A stretch of 64,000 nt of DNA from Eledone cirrhosa (Eukaryota), in NCBI GenBank assembly GCA_964016885.1, contig OZ024740.1, forward strand, positions 392,956,001-393,020,000, read 5' to 3'. The stretch's first letter is position 1, and each line of letters opens with the position of its first letter. Below, piece by piece: positions 11,668 through 23,036 of this stretch. The notes beneath the pieces were generated by a model that saw only the letters and a list, made by a program, of their open reading frames with translations, had not been told where the DNA came from and made no database searches. Both the position numbers and the translations under genes were made by a program.

Positions 11668-14600
11668 TATTTACCATGCGGTATTCTAATCCGATTGTAT
11701 CTCTCTAAGTTATTTACCATGCGACCCTCAGTTCCTACCTCACAATTCCCCCCCCCCCCCCACCATAGTCTATTCGACCAATCAAACCTAGCATGCCATT
11801 TCCACTGCTGCTGCTACTACCTGCCTAACTAACTCTCTCCTCCTCTGGCGCATCCCAACACACCCTGCCATTACCCCACCACCACTGTTCTTCTAGCCCT
11901 CATATTTCCCACCGTTATGGATGGATGAGCTGGGAATACACGAGCAACTCTGAATCAATAGATGAAATATGAATCTGCGAGCTACCAAGCACCCACGTGA
12001 AGCGCCAACCCAGAGACGCTCCCCTACGAGTGTCGACAAATGCCCAAAACTCCGAGTTGGTACCATCAATGTAGGCTCAATGAAAGGAAGAGCAGGAGAA
12101 ATCGTAGAAATGCTAGAGCGAAAGGAAGTTGATGTATGCTGTGTGCAAGAGACTAGATGGAGAGGAGGGTCTGCTAGAGTCCTTGTAGGAAAAAGCCAGT
12201 GCTACAAATTTTTCTGGGTGGGAAATGACGATGGGATGGGTGGTGTAGGTATACTATTAGCTGACAAGTGGGTAGATAAAGTAATCTCAGTGTACAGGGT
12301 AAATGCAAGAATCATTAAACTCAGACTAGTCCTGAATAAGACAATTACCACAATAATATCAGCTTACGCACCCCAATCGGGGCTGCCAGACGAACTTAAG
12401 GATAGGTTTTACGAGTCCCTAATACACACTACTGCTCTAACAGACGACAAGGACTTCCTAATCATTGCAGGAGATTTTAACGGACACGTAGGTAAACACT
12501 GCGACGGCTTCAATAGAGTACATGGAGGCCGTGGAGTTGGCACAAGGAATGAGGAAGGATTCAGACTTCTAGAATTCTGCGACGCCAATGACATGTCGAT
12601 ATGTAACACAAACTTTAAAAAACCCGACAACCACCTGATCACCTATAGATCAGGGGAGCACTCTAGTCAGTTAGATTTTATCCTCATCAGAGGACGTGAC
12701 AGATGGACGGTCGTAAACACAAAAGCCTTCCCTAGTGAGGAATGTACATCCCAACATAGCTTAGTTGTCAGTGACCTCACGGTCAGAACTAGACGAGCCC
12801 TGAAACAGAGGCCAACCTGGAGAAGAAAGATCTGGAAGCTGAAAGTCCCCTCAACCAGTAACAGATTTAAAGATATTTTACTCAACGCCTACGACAGTAA
12901 AGAAGAACAGATAGAGACATTTAACGTAGAAGAGAACTGGGAGTTCCTAAAAAATAACTTACTAGAGGCGACGGATGAGGTTTGTGGCTGGAGTAAGACC
13001 TCAAGCAGGAGGAGAGTGACTTGGTGGTGGAACAATAAGGTAGATGAAGCAGTCAAGGCCAAGAGACAGGCATGGAAAGAATGGAAGAACGGGGGGAGCA
13101 GGGTACATTACATAGAGACCAAGAGGGAAGCTAGGCGACAAGTATACTTAGCTAGGAGGGAAGCAGAGGATAGAAAATTCAAGCATGTTTTACAACGTGA
13201 GGACCAGAAACAGGAGGTATTCAAGATTGCGAGGCAGTGTGTCAGAGATAGTTGTGATGTCATTGGAGAGAAGTGTATCCGGAATGATAAAGGTGAGCTT
13301 GCCCTCACAAGTGCTGAGAAGAAAGATGCATGGAAGAGTCATTATGATAGATTACTAAATGAGGAGAATGCATGGGAAGAAGAGACCCTACCCCACGTAG
13401 ACCCTATAGAGGGACCAGCAGTACAAGTCAGCGGCAGCGTAGTAAGTAAGGCAATCAGAGATATGAAGATAGGGAAGGCAACCGGTCCATCGGGTATAGC
13501 TGCCGAGATGCTGAAGGCATCTGGGTCTGTAGGTCACACTATAACCACACGTATCGTTAACCAGGTAATACTAGAGGGGGCCATACCAAAAGATTGGTGC
13601 AGTAGCATCATTGTCAACTGCTACAAAGGTAAAGGCGATGCACTAGATAGAGGAAACTATAGAGGTATAAAGTTGATGGACCAGGTCATGAAAGTAACAG
13701 AAAGAGTTATAGCACAGCTGATTAGGGACCGGGTGAATATAGACGAGATGCAATTTGGGTTTGTACCAGGGAAAGGCACCACTGATGCCCTCTTCCTCGT
13801 GAGGCAATTACAGGAAAAGTACCTAGCTAAAAGTAAGCCACTCTACTTGGCATTTGTCGACCTTGAGAAAGCCTTTGACAGAGTTCCACGTGCAGTAATC
13901 TGGTGGGCTCTTAGAAAACTAGGAGTAGATGAATGGCTTGTGAAAGCGGTACAAGCCATGTATAGGGGAGCAGTCAGCAAAGTTAGGATTGGCAATGAGT
14001 ATAGCGAGGAATTTAGCGTACAGGTTGGGGTCCACCAGGGCTCTGTTCTTAGCCCTCTCCTGTTCATCATAGTCCTGCAGGCAATAACGGAGGAGTTTAA
14101 GACCGGATGCCCATGGGAACTCCTGTATGCTGATGACCTCGCACTCATAGCTGAATCTATGGTAGAACTAGAGAATAAATTCCAAACCTGGAAGCAGGGA
14201 CTAGAGAGAAAGGGCCTCAAAGTCAACATGACAAAGACTAAGGTCCTTATAAGTAGACGAGAAAACAGAACCCAGATCCCCTCAGGGAAATGGCCTTGCT
14301 CAGTATGTAGGAAAGGTGTAGGTAAGAACTCCATTCTCTGCCCCAAATGCAAACAATGGGTACACAAGAGATGTAGCGGGATCTCAGGAAGCTTAATTAA
14401 GAATGTAGGATTCACATGCAGCAGCTGTGCTGAAACAGCAAGCAAACAGCCACAGGAAACAAGTACCACCAATCTCTGGGAGGGCCCTGTAGAAACAGTA
14501 GACAGCTTCTGCTACCTAGGTGACCGAATTAGCAACGGAGGTGGGTGCTTAGAAAGTACAATAACTAGGGTAAGAACGGGATGGAAGAAGTTTAGGGAAC

Positions 14601-15399
14601 TACTACCACTGCTAGCTGCAAAAGGCTTCTCCCTCAGAATGAAAGGCAGACTGTATGATGCGTGTATCCGAACAGCGATGTTGCATGGTAGTGAGACCTG
14701 GGCGCTGAAGGTGGAAGACTTACGTAGATTAGAGAGAAACGAAGCCTGCATGCTCCGATGGATGTGTAACAGTAATATACGTGAACGACAAAGCATAAAG
14801 GAATTGAGAGAGAGACTGAGCATAAGAGGAATCAAATGCTGCGTGCAGGAGAGGCGGTTACGCTGGTATGGACATGTGATGCGTATGAAGGATGACAGCT
14901 GCATAAAAAGGTGCAGAGCACTAGAAGTTGATGGAAACCGCGGAGTGGGGAGACCCAAGATGACTTGGGATGAGGTGATAAAAGCCGACCTTACCCAACT
15001 ACACCTCTCAAAGTCAATGACACACGACCGTGACTTCTGGCGTCACGCAGTAATACAGGGTACCCGACCTCCCATGGGTACATGCTGAAGCATATAAACA
15101 ATATGCCCCCCCCCCCCCCCCCACACACACCGCAAGGTGGTCGTGGAGGTGCCACGGCAAAAAAGCACCCAGCCCACACTGTAAAGTGGACGTGTAGGCG
15201 CCACGAAAAAGCACCCACCACTCACTGTAAATGAGGTTGGTGTTAGGAAGGGCATCCAGCTGTAGAAATCAAGCCAGATCAGTTCCTGTATGAGCAAGGC
15301 ATGGTCAGCCGACCAGACACTGCCCACAACAGGACAACCCGTCTAACCCATGCCAGCGTGGAAGAACGGACGTAAAACGGTGATGATGATGATGATGAT
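11668..15399 (+). mobile_element. Near full-length, young RTE-clade non-LTR retrotransposon (copy A)
   Basis: Pyrimidine-rich 5' UTR, intact ORF, 3' UTR ending in (GAT)n. Confidence 0.95.
11969..15088 (+). CDS. RTE ORF: APE endonuclease + reverse transcriptase with inserted PHD finger (1039 aa, uninterrupted)
   Basis: APE motifs (GTINV, VQETRW, AGDFNGH, QLDFIL, SQHSLV); RT motifs (NYRGIKL, QFGF, FVDLEKAFD, GVHQGSVLSP, YADD, FCYLG); RTE C-terminus RRLRWYGHV..R, GRPK.TW. Confidence 0.96.
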   Translation: MNLRATKHPREAPTQRRSPTSVDKCPKLRVGTINVGSMKGRAGEIVEMLERKEVDVCCVQETRWRGGSARVLVGKSQCYKFFWVGNDDGMGGVGILLADKWVDKVISVYRVNARIIKLRLVLNKTITTIISAYAPQSGLPDELKDRFYESLIHTTALTDDKDFLIIAGDFNGHVGKHCDGFNRVHGGRGVGTRNEEGFRLLEFCDANDMSICNTNFKKPDNHLITYRSGEHSSQLDFILIRGRDRWTVVNTKAFPSEECTSQHSLVVSDLTVRTRRALKQRPTWRRKIWKLKVPSTSNRFKDILLNAYDSKEEQIETFNVEENWEFLKNNLLEATDEVCGWSKTSSRRRVTWWWNNKVDEAVKAKRQAWKEWKNGGSRVHYIETKREARRQVYLARREAEDRKFKHVLQREDQKQEVFKIARQCVRDSCDVIGEKCIRNDKGELALTSAEKKDAWKSHYDRLLNEENAWEEETLPHVDPIEGPAVQVSGSVVSKAIRDMKIGKATGPSGIAAEMLKASGSVGHTITTRIVNQVILEGAIPKDWCSSIIVNCYKGKGDALDRGNYRGIKLMDQVMKVTERVIAQLIRDRVNIDEMQFGFVPGKGTTDALFLVRQLQEKYLAKSKPLYLAFVDLEKAFDRVPRAVIWWALRKLGVDEWLVKAVQAMYRGAVSKVRIGNEYSEEFSVQVGVHQGSVLSPLLFIIVLQAITEEFKTGCPWELLYADDLALIAESMVELENKFQTWKQGLERKGLKVNMTKTKVLISRRENRTQIPSGKWPCSVCRKGVGKNSILCPKCKQWVHKRCSGISGSLIKNVGFTCSSCAETASKQPQETSTTNLWEGPVETVDSFCYLGDRISNGGGCLESTITRVRTGWKKFRELLPLLAAKGFSLRMKGRLYDACIRTAMLHGSETWALKVEDLRRLERNEACMLRWMCNSNIRERQSIKELRERLSIRGIKCCVQERRLRWYGHVMRMKDDSCIKRCRALEVDGNRGVGRPKMTWDEVIKADLTQLHLSKSMTHDRDFWRHAVIQGTRPPMGTC

Positions 15400-16189
15400 T
15401 CAACATGAATGTATCACTTGCTTAGGTGATGTATCTCATTCTGTTAAGTTATTTGAACTTGATTTAACTTAATATGTATATATATACAACACCAGCTGAA
15501 TGTTATTGCTTCCTTTCAAACTGTCATTGATGTTTCTTACATTTTTCTTTCATTTACTTAATATTGACATCTTGTGTGTGAAATATCTGTTTTTGATGTT
15601 TACATGCATGTGTGTGTATATGTGTGGGGAAATATTTGCAATGTGTGTGTGTTTTACACTTTCCTCTAGTTTCTCTCATTACTTCACCAAAACTTGCATA
15701 CTTTGTATGATTTATATTTAGTCCAATGTAGTGTTATGTTCCTGGCAAAGACAGTTTACTTTCAATCTGTATCTAGATATTAGAGAGAGCTAGACTGTAA
15801 GCAGCCATAGCACTCTACAGATGACAGGTATTTTGTTAACTGGTAGTCTCTTAAACCTTGTGTGACCTTAGTTTCAGTTACATCTATAAGGGGTATATCT
15901 CCTTCCTTAAGCAGACTGATAGTTTATCTCGTGTAACGTTTCCAGTTGACTTTTAGTACCTGTACTGACAGCCAGGTTAACTGAGGCAATATAAAATAAG
16001 TTTTTTCTCGAGAACACAGTGAATCTCCAGTAGTAGAATTGAACTCACAGACTTGTTGTTGGTAGTTCACTACCTTATTTATTTGGCTATTTATTTTCAT
16101 CAGTGCATTAGATCGCAACATTGAGTTCAAATGTTTCCATGAGCAAAACTGTAGTAAACTAGTGTTTCTGCCTTGAGCAAGAATAATTG

Positions 16190-16305
16190 TTTCTACTTTT
16201 AGCACAAGGCCAGCAATTATTCCAGTGTATTACTGGTACTTTATTTTATCGACCCCATAAGGATGAAAGGCAAAGTTAACCTCAGCAAGATTTGAACTCA
16301 GAATG
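16190..16305 (-). mobile_element. Nin/Deu-domain SINE fragment
   Basis: ctggtacttttattttatcgaccccataaggatgaaaggcaaagttaac = reverse complement of the GCCTTTCATCCTT..GGGGTCGATAAAAT..GTACCAG conserved domain; similar copy at 24915-25035. Confidence 0.75.
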
Positions 16306-16619
16306 TCTCTGAAAAAGAACTTACCAAATTTTGACACTGGCAACATACTTTTTAAAAATAAAACTTTTTTCAACACATTAAGTTTTGGTAGCAACATCAA
16401 ATTAATAAATAAAAAAATTAAATATCATTTCATGTGTTTAATCATATACTATTGCACAGCCAACTGACACATTTTCAGTTTAAATCTGAATAGAATAAGT
16501 ATTGGAATAGTTACAAGAGCATCCTAGAATGTTACCTAAGTTAGACTAGTATCCTGTCCTTGGTTGGGTAAGAAAAATTTGTTAATTTAATTCCATAAAT
16601 TCAGAGTCAGAGTCAGAGT

Positions 16620-16954
16620 ATGGAGGCACATGGCTTAGTGGTTAGAGCATTGGCCTTGCAATTGAAAGGTTGTGAGTTCAATTCTCAGACCGGGTGATGT
16701 GCTGTTTCCTTGGGCAAGACACTTTATTTCACATTGTTCCCGTTTACTCAGCTGTAGAAATGAGATGATAGGGACTGGGGTCCATAGCATTCCACTGCAA
16801 AGTGGTCGTGGAGGTGCCACAGCAAAAAAGCACCCAGCACTCACTGTAATGAGGTTGGTGTTAGAAAGGGCATCCAGCTGTAGAAATCAAGCCAGAATCA
16901 CTTCCCGTCCCACCCTTGCAAGCAGGAAAAAGTGGACGTAAAATGATGATGATG
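16620..16954 (+). mobile_element. Full-length tRNA-derived CORE-type SINE with RTE-derived 3' end
   Basis: A box tggcttagtgg, B box gagttcaattc, CORE-like ccttgggcaagacactt, 3' part matching RTE copy A 3' UTR, (GAT)n tail, TSD aaattca(g/a)agtca. Confidence 0.9.
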
Positions 16955-17482
16955 AAATTCAAAGTCAAATATTTAAACTTAAAATCTCCTCAGGTTTAGG
17001 AGATATTTGCATTTAAATGTTTAATTCATCATCATTGATTGATTATTGTAGCAGATGGACATAATCTTCCTCCACTCATTATAGCTTTTATAATCAGTTG
17101 TGATCCTTTGATTGGGTGATTAACTCTGGCTGTTGATGGGATTTGAACTCAGTACACAGAGTGCCAGAACAGATACTGCAAGGCATCTAGTTCGATGTAC
17201 TAACAATAAAGTCAATCCACCTTCATTTTATTAATTCCAAATGGATTAAAAGCAATTTGACCTCAGTGGGATTTGAACTCCGAAGTCAGAGAGCGGATAC
17301 AAATATTACAAGATATTCTATCCAACACATTAAAACTCTGAAAATTTGATGAAATCACAGATGACTGAATGAATTAATGAATTAATATTTAATCTAACTG
17401 TTTATATATTATCTGATTATTAATTAATAATTGTTATATTAACATTATTGCTTATTTAATATATTTTTCATCACCCTATTAG

Positions 17483-17570
17483 GAACCAGAATTCTGTAAA
17501 GCTCAGAATTTATTTGTTTTAACTCTAGAAGATATTTTAAACAACAATATTGCCCTATCTGTTTTTATTG
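17483..17570 (+). CDS. SNX13: SNX13 exon (RGS start): EPEFCKAQNLFVLTLEDILNNNIALSVFI
   Basis: attag acceptor; G|gtaagt donor; phase 0 to 1. Confidence 0.9.
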
Positions 17571-17684
17571 GTAAGTTATATTTTAAACAAATCTTTCTTT
17601 TGCTTTCATGACTTTTGATGCAACTGCAGTTTGAATGATATGCATGTGTTATTGTCATCATTGGCAGTAGCAACAACAGTAGAC

Positions 17685-17771
17685 TGCTGCTGATACTACT
17701 ACTACTGCTGCTACTACTACTATTTCCACTACTGTTGCTGCCACCACCACCACTACTGCCAATACTACTAC

Positions 17772-17802
<31 letters not shown>

Positions 17803-17810
17803 TCTACTCA
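17685..17810. repeat. (TAC/TGC/CAC)n trinucleotide microsatellite
   Basis: Directly visible. Confidence 0.9.
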
Positions 17811-18239
17811 GTACTGAAATAAATTCTTAATTTTAAAGGTTTCATTCATTGTGCATAAAGCATTTGTGGAAGAAATTAATGCCTCAACTTCCTTCCTGTT
17901 TTCTCTGTCCCATTGATTCTACTGCTTTATGCTATACATTAGGAAATCTTCACAGGGTAAAAAAAACAAGCTCTTTCAGCATACAAAACTAGGAAGCAAG
18001 GTTTCATTTCTGTGTCTGCTATTACTAATGCTCACGAAAAAGGCTTCAACAGGTGTAGGCATGGCTGTGAGGTTTTGGGTTTGTTCCCTCTGCTTAGCAC
18101 CTTTGGTGAGTCTTCTACTATAGTTTTAGATTTATGAGTGAAGTTTAGTAGTTAGAAACTGCAGAAGCTGATCTTATATATATTGTTGTTGGTCCTTTGT
18201 CATTTCCAGCAACAAGTATCACAGTTAATTCAATCAATA

Positions 18240-18472
18240 GAAATGCCTGCTTGTGCAATTACTGTCTACCCATAGCATAGTTCTCAGGGAAATTCAATGC
18301 AACACCATGTGTGACAAGGCTGGCCCCTGAATTTACAGGCACAATTCATTTTTACCAGTTGAGTGGACTGAAGCAACATGAAATAAAGTGTTGTGCTCAA
18401 GGACAGAATGTGCTGCCTAAGCAAGAAATCGAATTCATAGCCTTAGAATCATGAACCCAGCACCCAAGCTAC
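18240..18472 (-). mobile_element. tRNA-CORE SINE, diverged; related fragments at about 3836-3945 and 55705-55823
   Basis: gcaacatgaaataaagtgttgtgctcaagga and the B-box-like aatcgaattca are the reverse complement of the SINE head seen at 16620. Confidence 0.75.
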
Positions 18473-18830
18473 TATATATGTGTGCGTGTGTTGCTTATAA
18501 GTTTGCTTATGCTCCATAACTTAATGATTCAAGAAATACTGTTATTGATAATGCTCCATTTGCTAAATAAAAGAATTAAAAAAAGAGCCTTGAGTTTTCA
18601 TTTTCCAGACTTATTTTTGAGAAAAAACAGCATCCTCCATGTCGAGAAATATAGTAGATATACATAATATATACTAGATTTAAAAAATAAGTACTGACTT
18701 TAATATGATCAATTAAACCCTTGATGTTGGGTGTCCCAGCTTGGCCACAGTGCAATGACTAAAGCCAACAAAAGAATTTAAAAAATTTGTTTATTCCTTC
18801 CTCACAACTTGTGCAAATCTGTTATATTAA

Positions 18831-19038
18831 CCCATTAGCATTTACATTATTCTATATTTACTATTGTATTTTCATAGTAAACACTTTATCTCACATAATA
18901 TCAAATCTATGAGATTTTGATATTATGTATTTTGAGAACAATACCTTAACATCAGTATGAGCAGTCTGTTATGGCTGATTTGAACAGAAAGAGGTGAGAG
19001 ACTTCTAGCTGGATACGGCCGGTTTAAATGCTAAAAGG
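18831..19038 (+). mobile_element. piggyBac-type MITE
   Basis: TTAA on both sides; TIR cccattagcattta / taaatgctaaaagg; homologous copies at 50549-50770 and about 54380-54585. Confidence 0.85.
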
Positions 19039-19499
19039 TTAAAGCACTAATAATAGATTACGTGCATTAGAAAAAGTTGGACATGTTGTGAAAAAGGGAT
19101 AGTTAGTGTGTGTGGAATAGTGGGAATGGTAGTGGTGGTGACAGCAGAAAATGCCAAAATGTATGTTTTCATCTCTCGTCTTTATGGAAAGTGTTGGTGC
19201 ATGTGTGAAAGAAAAAGACAGAACTAAAATTATTTTTTAAAAACTTCAGTCAAGCTGTTGAAAGGGGATGGTAAGAGTGTGTGTATGAGAGAGAGAGAGA
19301 GAGAGGCAGAGGTTGTACGGACATTTTTTTAAAACCTATGATGCTTAAAACAATATTGTTTATCCTAAAATTATTAATGAGTAAATTATTCCATTTTGGT
19401 AGTTTGTCATTTCTTTAATTTATTTCATTTAAATATAATTAGGTACTGTATGTATTATTTGTGTGTGTGTATATCTCTTATAAATCTTGCTCTTGCTTG

Positions 19500-20790
19500 A
19501 TGAGACTGGTGTCGTCCTAGGTCAGTGATCCCAGAGACATCATCATGCATAAAGCCCTCCATCATTGGTGGTCTTGTGCCAGCTCTTCTGCATCTTCCAA
19601 GGTGATGTCAAGCCTCTGGGGATCTTCCTTGATGACATCCAACCATCTGGGGTGGGCCCTGCCATGGAGCCTCTTCCAGCATGTAGTTGTGTTGAATGAG
19701 AGTAAGGCCCTAGGATGATCTAGCGGTAGTTGGAGGACATGTCCTTACCAGTGCATGTGGTGGATGGCTATGAGGTGGGAGGCTGCGGGCTGATGTATGC
19801 ACGCAGACAACTCTTTGTTGGAAATGTGGTGGTATCATCTGATGTTCTCAATGGTTCTTAGGGCTCTGCTATCAAAGCTATCGATCCTCTTTGCCAGGGT
19901 CTTTGTGAGAGGCCACGTTTCTGCTCCTTAGAGGAGAACAAAGAGGATGATTGATAGTTGTTGAATAGGGTGGTGTTGTCCGCATACTCCAGATTGGTAT
20001 GTTGGTAGTTCCAGAAACTCACAGATCTTGGTCATCAGATAGTTGACACAGATGAAGAGGTTGGGGACAGCCACACAGTCCTGTCTGACCCTACTGTTGA
20101 TTGGGAACCAATTGGAGTCCTTCTTATTCACCTGCACACAACTCTCGGCACTGCTATAGAGCTGTTGGAACAGGGTGGTGATCTTGGGAGGCATGGTGAT
20201 GAGCTTGAACATTTTTCAGAGGGATGCATGGTCGATTGTGTCGAAAGCTGCCTTGAGGTTAATGAAGGCAACATAGAGGCAGTTATCTCTGTGAAACTCC
20301 CAAGATCTTTCAATAATGAGATGGAGGGCATAAATGTGGTTGGTGATAGATCGATTTGGCATGAATCTGGCTTGTTGTGGGTGATGTCTGTTTCTAATGG
20401 CGGGAATAACGCTCCTGAGGAGGATCTTGGTGAAGAGCTTGCTTGGGATGGAGAGGAGGGTGATGCCCCTGTGGTTGCTGCAGATGAGTTTTTGTCACCT
20501 TTCCTTTTCCAGAAGGGGAGGATGATGCCCTAGGCCCAGTTATTTAGGAGCATCTCTGACTCCCATACATGGTTGATGGTGTGGGTGAGCCACTGGATCA
20601 TATTATCTCTGTCTGGCTTCAACATCTCCGTGGTGATAGTGCAGATTCTAGGGGGTTTGCAGCTGTTGAGCTTCTTCAGGGTGGCTCTAACTTCATTGGG
20701 GGTGACAGGATTGTGTCTGCAAGTGTCATTAGCTGCAGCTGTGTCTCTGGTGGTGGTGGTTAGGTAGGGATTAATTGGGACGGGTGGGTG
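19500..20790 (-). mobile_element. Degraded RTE-clade LINE of a different, GC-richer family
   Basis: Minus-strand remnants WFPINSRVRQDCVAVPNLF, KAAFDTIDH and GHVLQLP...HGRAHPRWLDVI; many stops and frameshifts. Confidence 0.75.
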
Positions 20791-20918
20791 ATAAAGAAGA
20801 CACTTAATATGTCATATTGATCTTTAATACTTGGTTCTTTCTAATTAAACGATGAAATTTCCACTAGGTCTGTTAGTATAAGTAATTAAACTTACTGTTA
20901 TATTTTGTTGTTCTTCAG

Positions 20919-20974
20919 AGTATATGACAAGTATTGGAGGAGAACAGTATCTATTTTTTTATCTAAATGTCGAG
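20919..20974 (+). CDS. SNX13: SNX13 exon (RGS): EYMTSIGGEQYLFFYLNVE
   Basis: ttcag acceptor; GAG|gtttgt donor; YMxxxGGxxxLFF motif; phase 1 to 0. Confidence 0.9.
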
Positions 20975-21231
20975 GTTTGTATAATCATATATTCTTTTTT
21001 AGTAATTCATATATTCTTTTTTAGTATTAAGGATACTATTTATGGTTATGTATATAATAAAACCTTTTATGGTTATATATTTTTTATATATAAACCCCAA
21101 ATAGTGAAAGATAGTCATTCATTACTATCTTATTACCAGTAAGATAAATAGCTCAATGTAATAACATCAGTTGTTTTAAAGAGCAGTTATATAGAGATTA
21201 CAATAATCAAAGTTCAGTTTAAATCATTTAT

Positions 21232-21280
21232 TTGCTTACAATTGTTTCCTCCAAACCGAGGTTTGGATTCTTCGGAGCAA
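21232..21280 (-). ncRNA. Second copy of the hammerhead motif (element sense strand)
   Basis: Exact reverse complement of 23748-23796. Confidence 0.75.
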
Positions 21281-22056
21281 CTATTTAGTGATCTATAACA
21301 TACTTGACCTCCTTTTCAACACAAGAGACATATAAAAACATATGCATATATTGACCCACAGTGGGTTGACATCCATCATAATGATATAGCATGGCAATTT
21401 ACATATGAAGGTTAGAGGATTAAAATAAAAGTAAAAATAAAAATAAAACATTGGCAGCTTATGAAGGTAAAGCAAGAGGAAAGTTTAGAGTAGTCAGTGT
21501 ATGAAACAATCTCACGTGTGGCATGCACGCGTGTCTTATTTATACAGGATTAGAGTGCGGCAGATTGTTACTTGTAGAATCAGGCAGTTAAAGCAGGCAA
21601 TCAATAGTATCATGTGGGCCGTATTGTTAAATCATTTTTTCGCATACACCTGTACGATATATAATCCCGAATGTAGAGAAACACCAAAATATCAAAAATA
21701 TCAAACATATTATAAAACATATTATAAAAGAGGCAAAACAGCACCACTGTCTTCGCACATACCACCACTCACACAATCCATGAATCGCAATATATAGACT
21801 ACAGGTCTATCACACAATCCACGATGATTAGGTGTCTGGAGAACCAAGTTGTAAACCATATCTTGTTTCTTAATTTGATGTTGTTTTACTTGTGTGAGGT
21901 GACATTGTATTATATTCCGGAAGTGTGTGTGTGACTAAGGGGAGTTAATGCGTAAGGGGAGGTAACTAGTTGATTTTCGTAGTTAAATTTATTATCCTAA
22001 ATTACATTAATGGTGTTTCAATTGAGTCCCTATCATATGAGGTTATAACCAATTTC

Positions 22057-22724
22057 TAAATTAGGTTACTTATCTATAAATTACAGTGTAGTCTATTAAG
22101 AAGTACTAAAGGTGTTCATATCAGGATGATTACCTTCTATTATGGAGAGCCACACCTGAACATTCTATAAGAAGAGTCAGACCTCCAAATCAATGATCTT
22201 TGTAAGTGTAGTCCACCCGCAGAACCTGGCAGGGTCTTATTACTATATATGACTCCCGGTAAGCTCTGGGTCATTGTATGTCTGAATCGTTGGCAAATTT
22301 AAATATCACCAGGGTGGTCCGGAGATCAATTCTCTCATATAAAGACACTAATCTGGCCATCAAGCAATACATAAACTCCCAACTCATATATAAATTAGGT
22401 TTCTTATCTATAAATTACAGTGTAGTCTATTAAGAAGTACTAAAGGTGTTCATATCAGGATGATTACCTTCTATTATGGAGTGCCACACCTGAACAATCT
22501 ATAAGAAGAGTCAGACCTCCACATCAATGATCTTTGTAAGTGTAGTCCACCCGCAGAACCTGGCAGGGTCTTATTATTATATATGACTCCCGGTAAGCTC
22601 TGGGTCATTGTATATCTGAATCCTTGGCAAATTTAAATATCACCAGGGTGGTCCGGAGATCAATTCTCTCAGAGAAAGACACTAATCTGGCCATCAAGCA
22701 ATACAGAAACTCCTAACTCATATA
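22057..22724. repeat. Tandem duplication, 2 x 334 bp, in PLE 3' UTR
   Basis: taaattaggtt...aactcatata at 22057-22390 and 22391-22724, nearly identical. Confidence 0.93.
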
Positions 22725-23036
22725 TCATCTGTACATAATTCATTGTACTCAGCATATAGAATATATAGTCCCTTTACTAATAAATTAATTACATAATCAT
22801 CTATCTATCCTATGGTGGCACTCCATGCACAGGACTATGTTAGCATAACCAGTACAGTGCCTACAGTTTACATTAATCATATATTTGTGCAATGTAGTCC
22901 AAGTAATTCAAGGCCAATATATCAAAAGTAGAAGTACATGGGGTTATCTCCAGGGTAAAAGGTACTATAAGGGTGCTACTATTTGCGTTAGTGTATAAAT
23001 GGGTGTGGAGATGAGGTGTAAGGTGTGTCACTGATG

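Noticed and set aside
11793-11828. Signal-peptide-like MPFPLLLLLPA in the same frame as the RTE upstream frame
   Set aside because: Ends at an in-frame TAA, has no counterpart in copy B, and is explainable by the pyrimidine-rich UTR.
13843-14958. Antisense ORFs of 209 and 148 aa in RTE copies A and C, with shorter equivalents in B
   Set aside because: Shadow frames of the RT coding strand; no independent motifs.
16620-16695. tRNA-like sequence (also 55750-55823)
   Set aside because: A/B boxes run into CORE and LINE tails without a complete cloverleaf; these are SINE heads, not tRNA genes.
21553-23036. Possible SECIS in the PLE 3' UTR
   Set aside because: The AUGA sites I checked by eye lacked the AA/GA spacing, and the retained GIY-YIG frame has no in-frame UGA; needs SECISearch.
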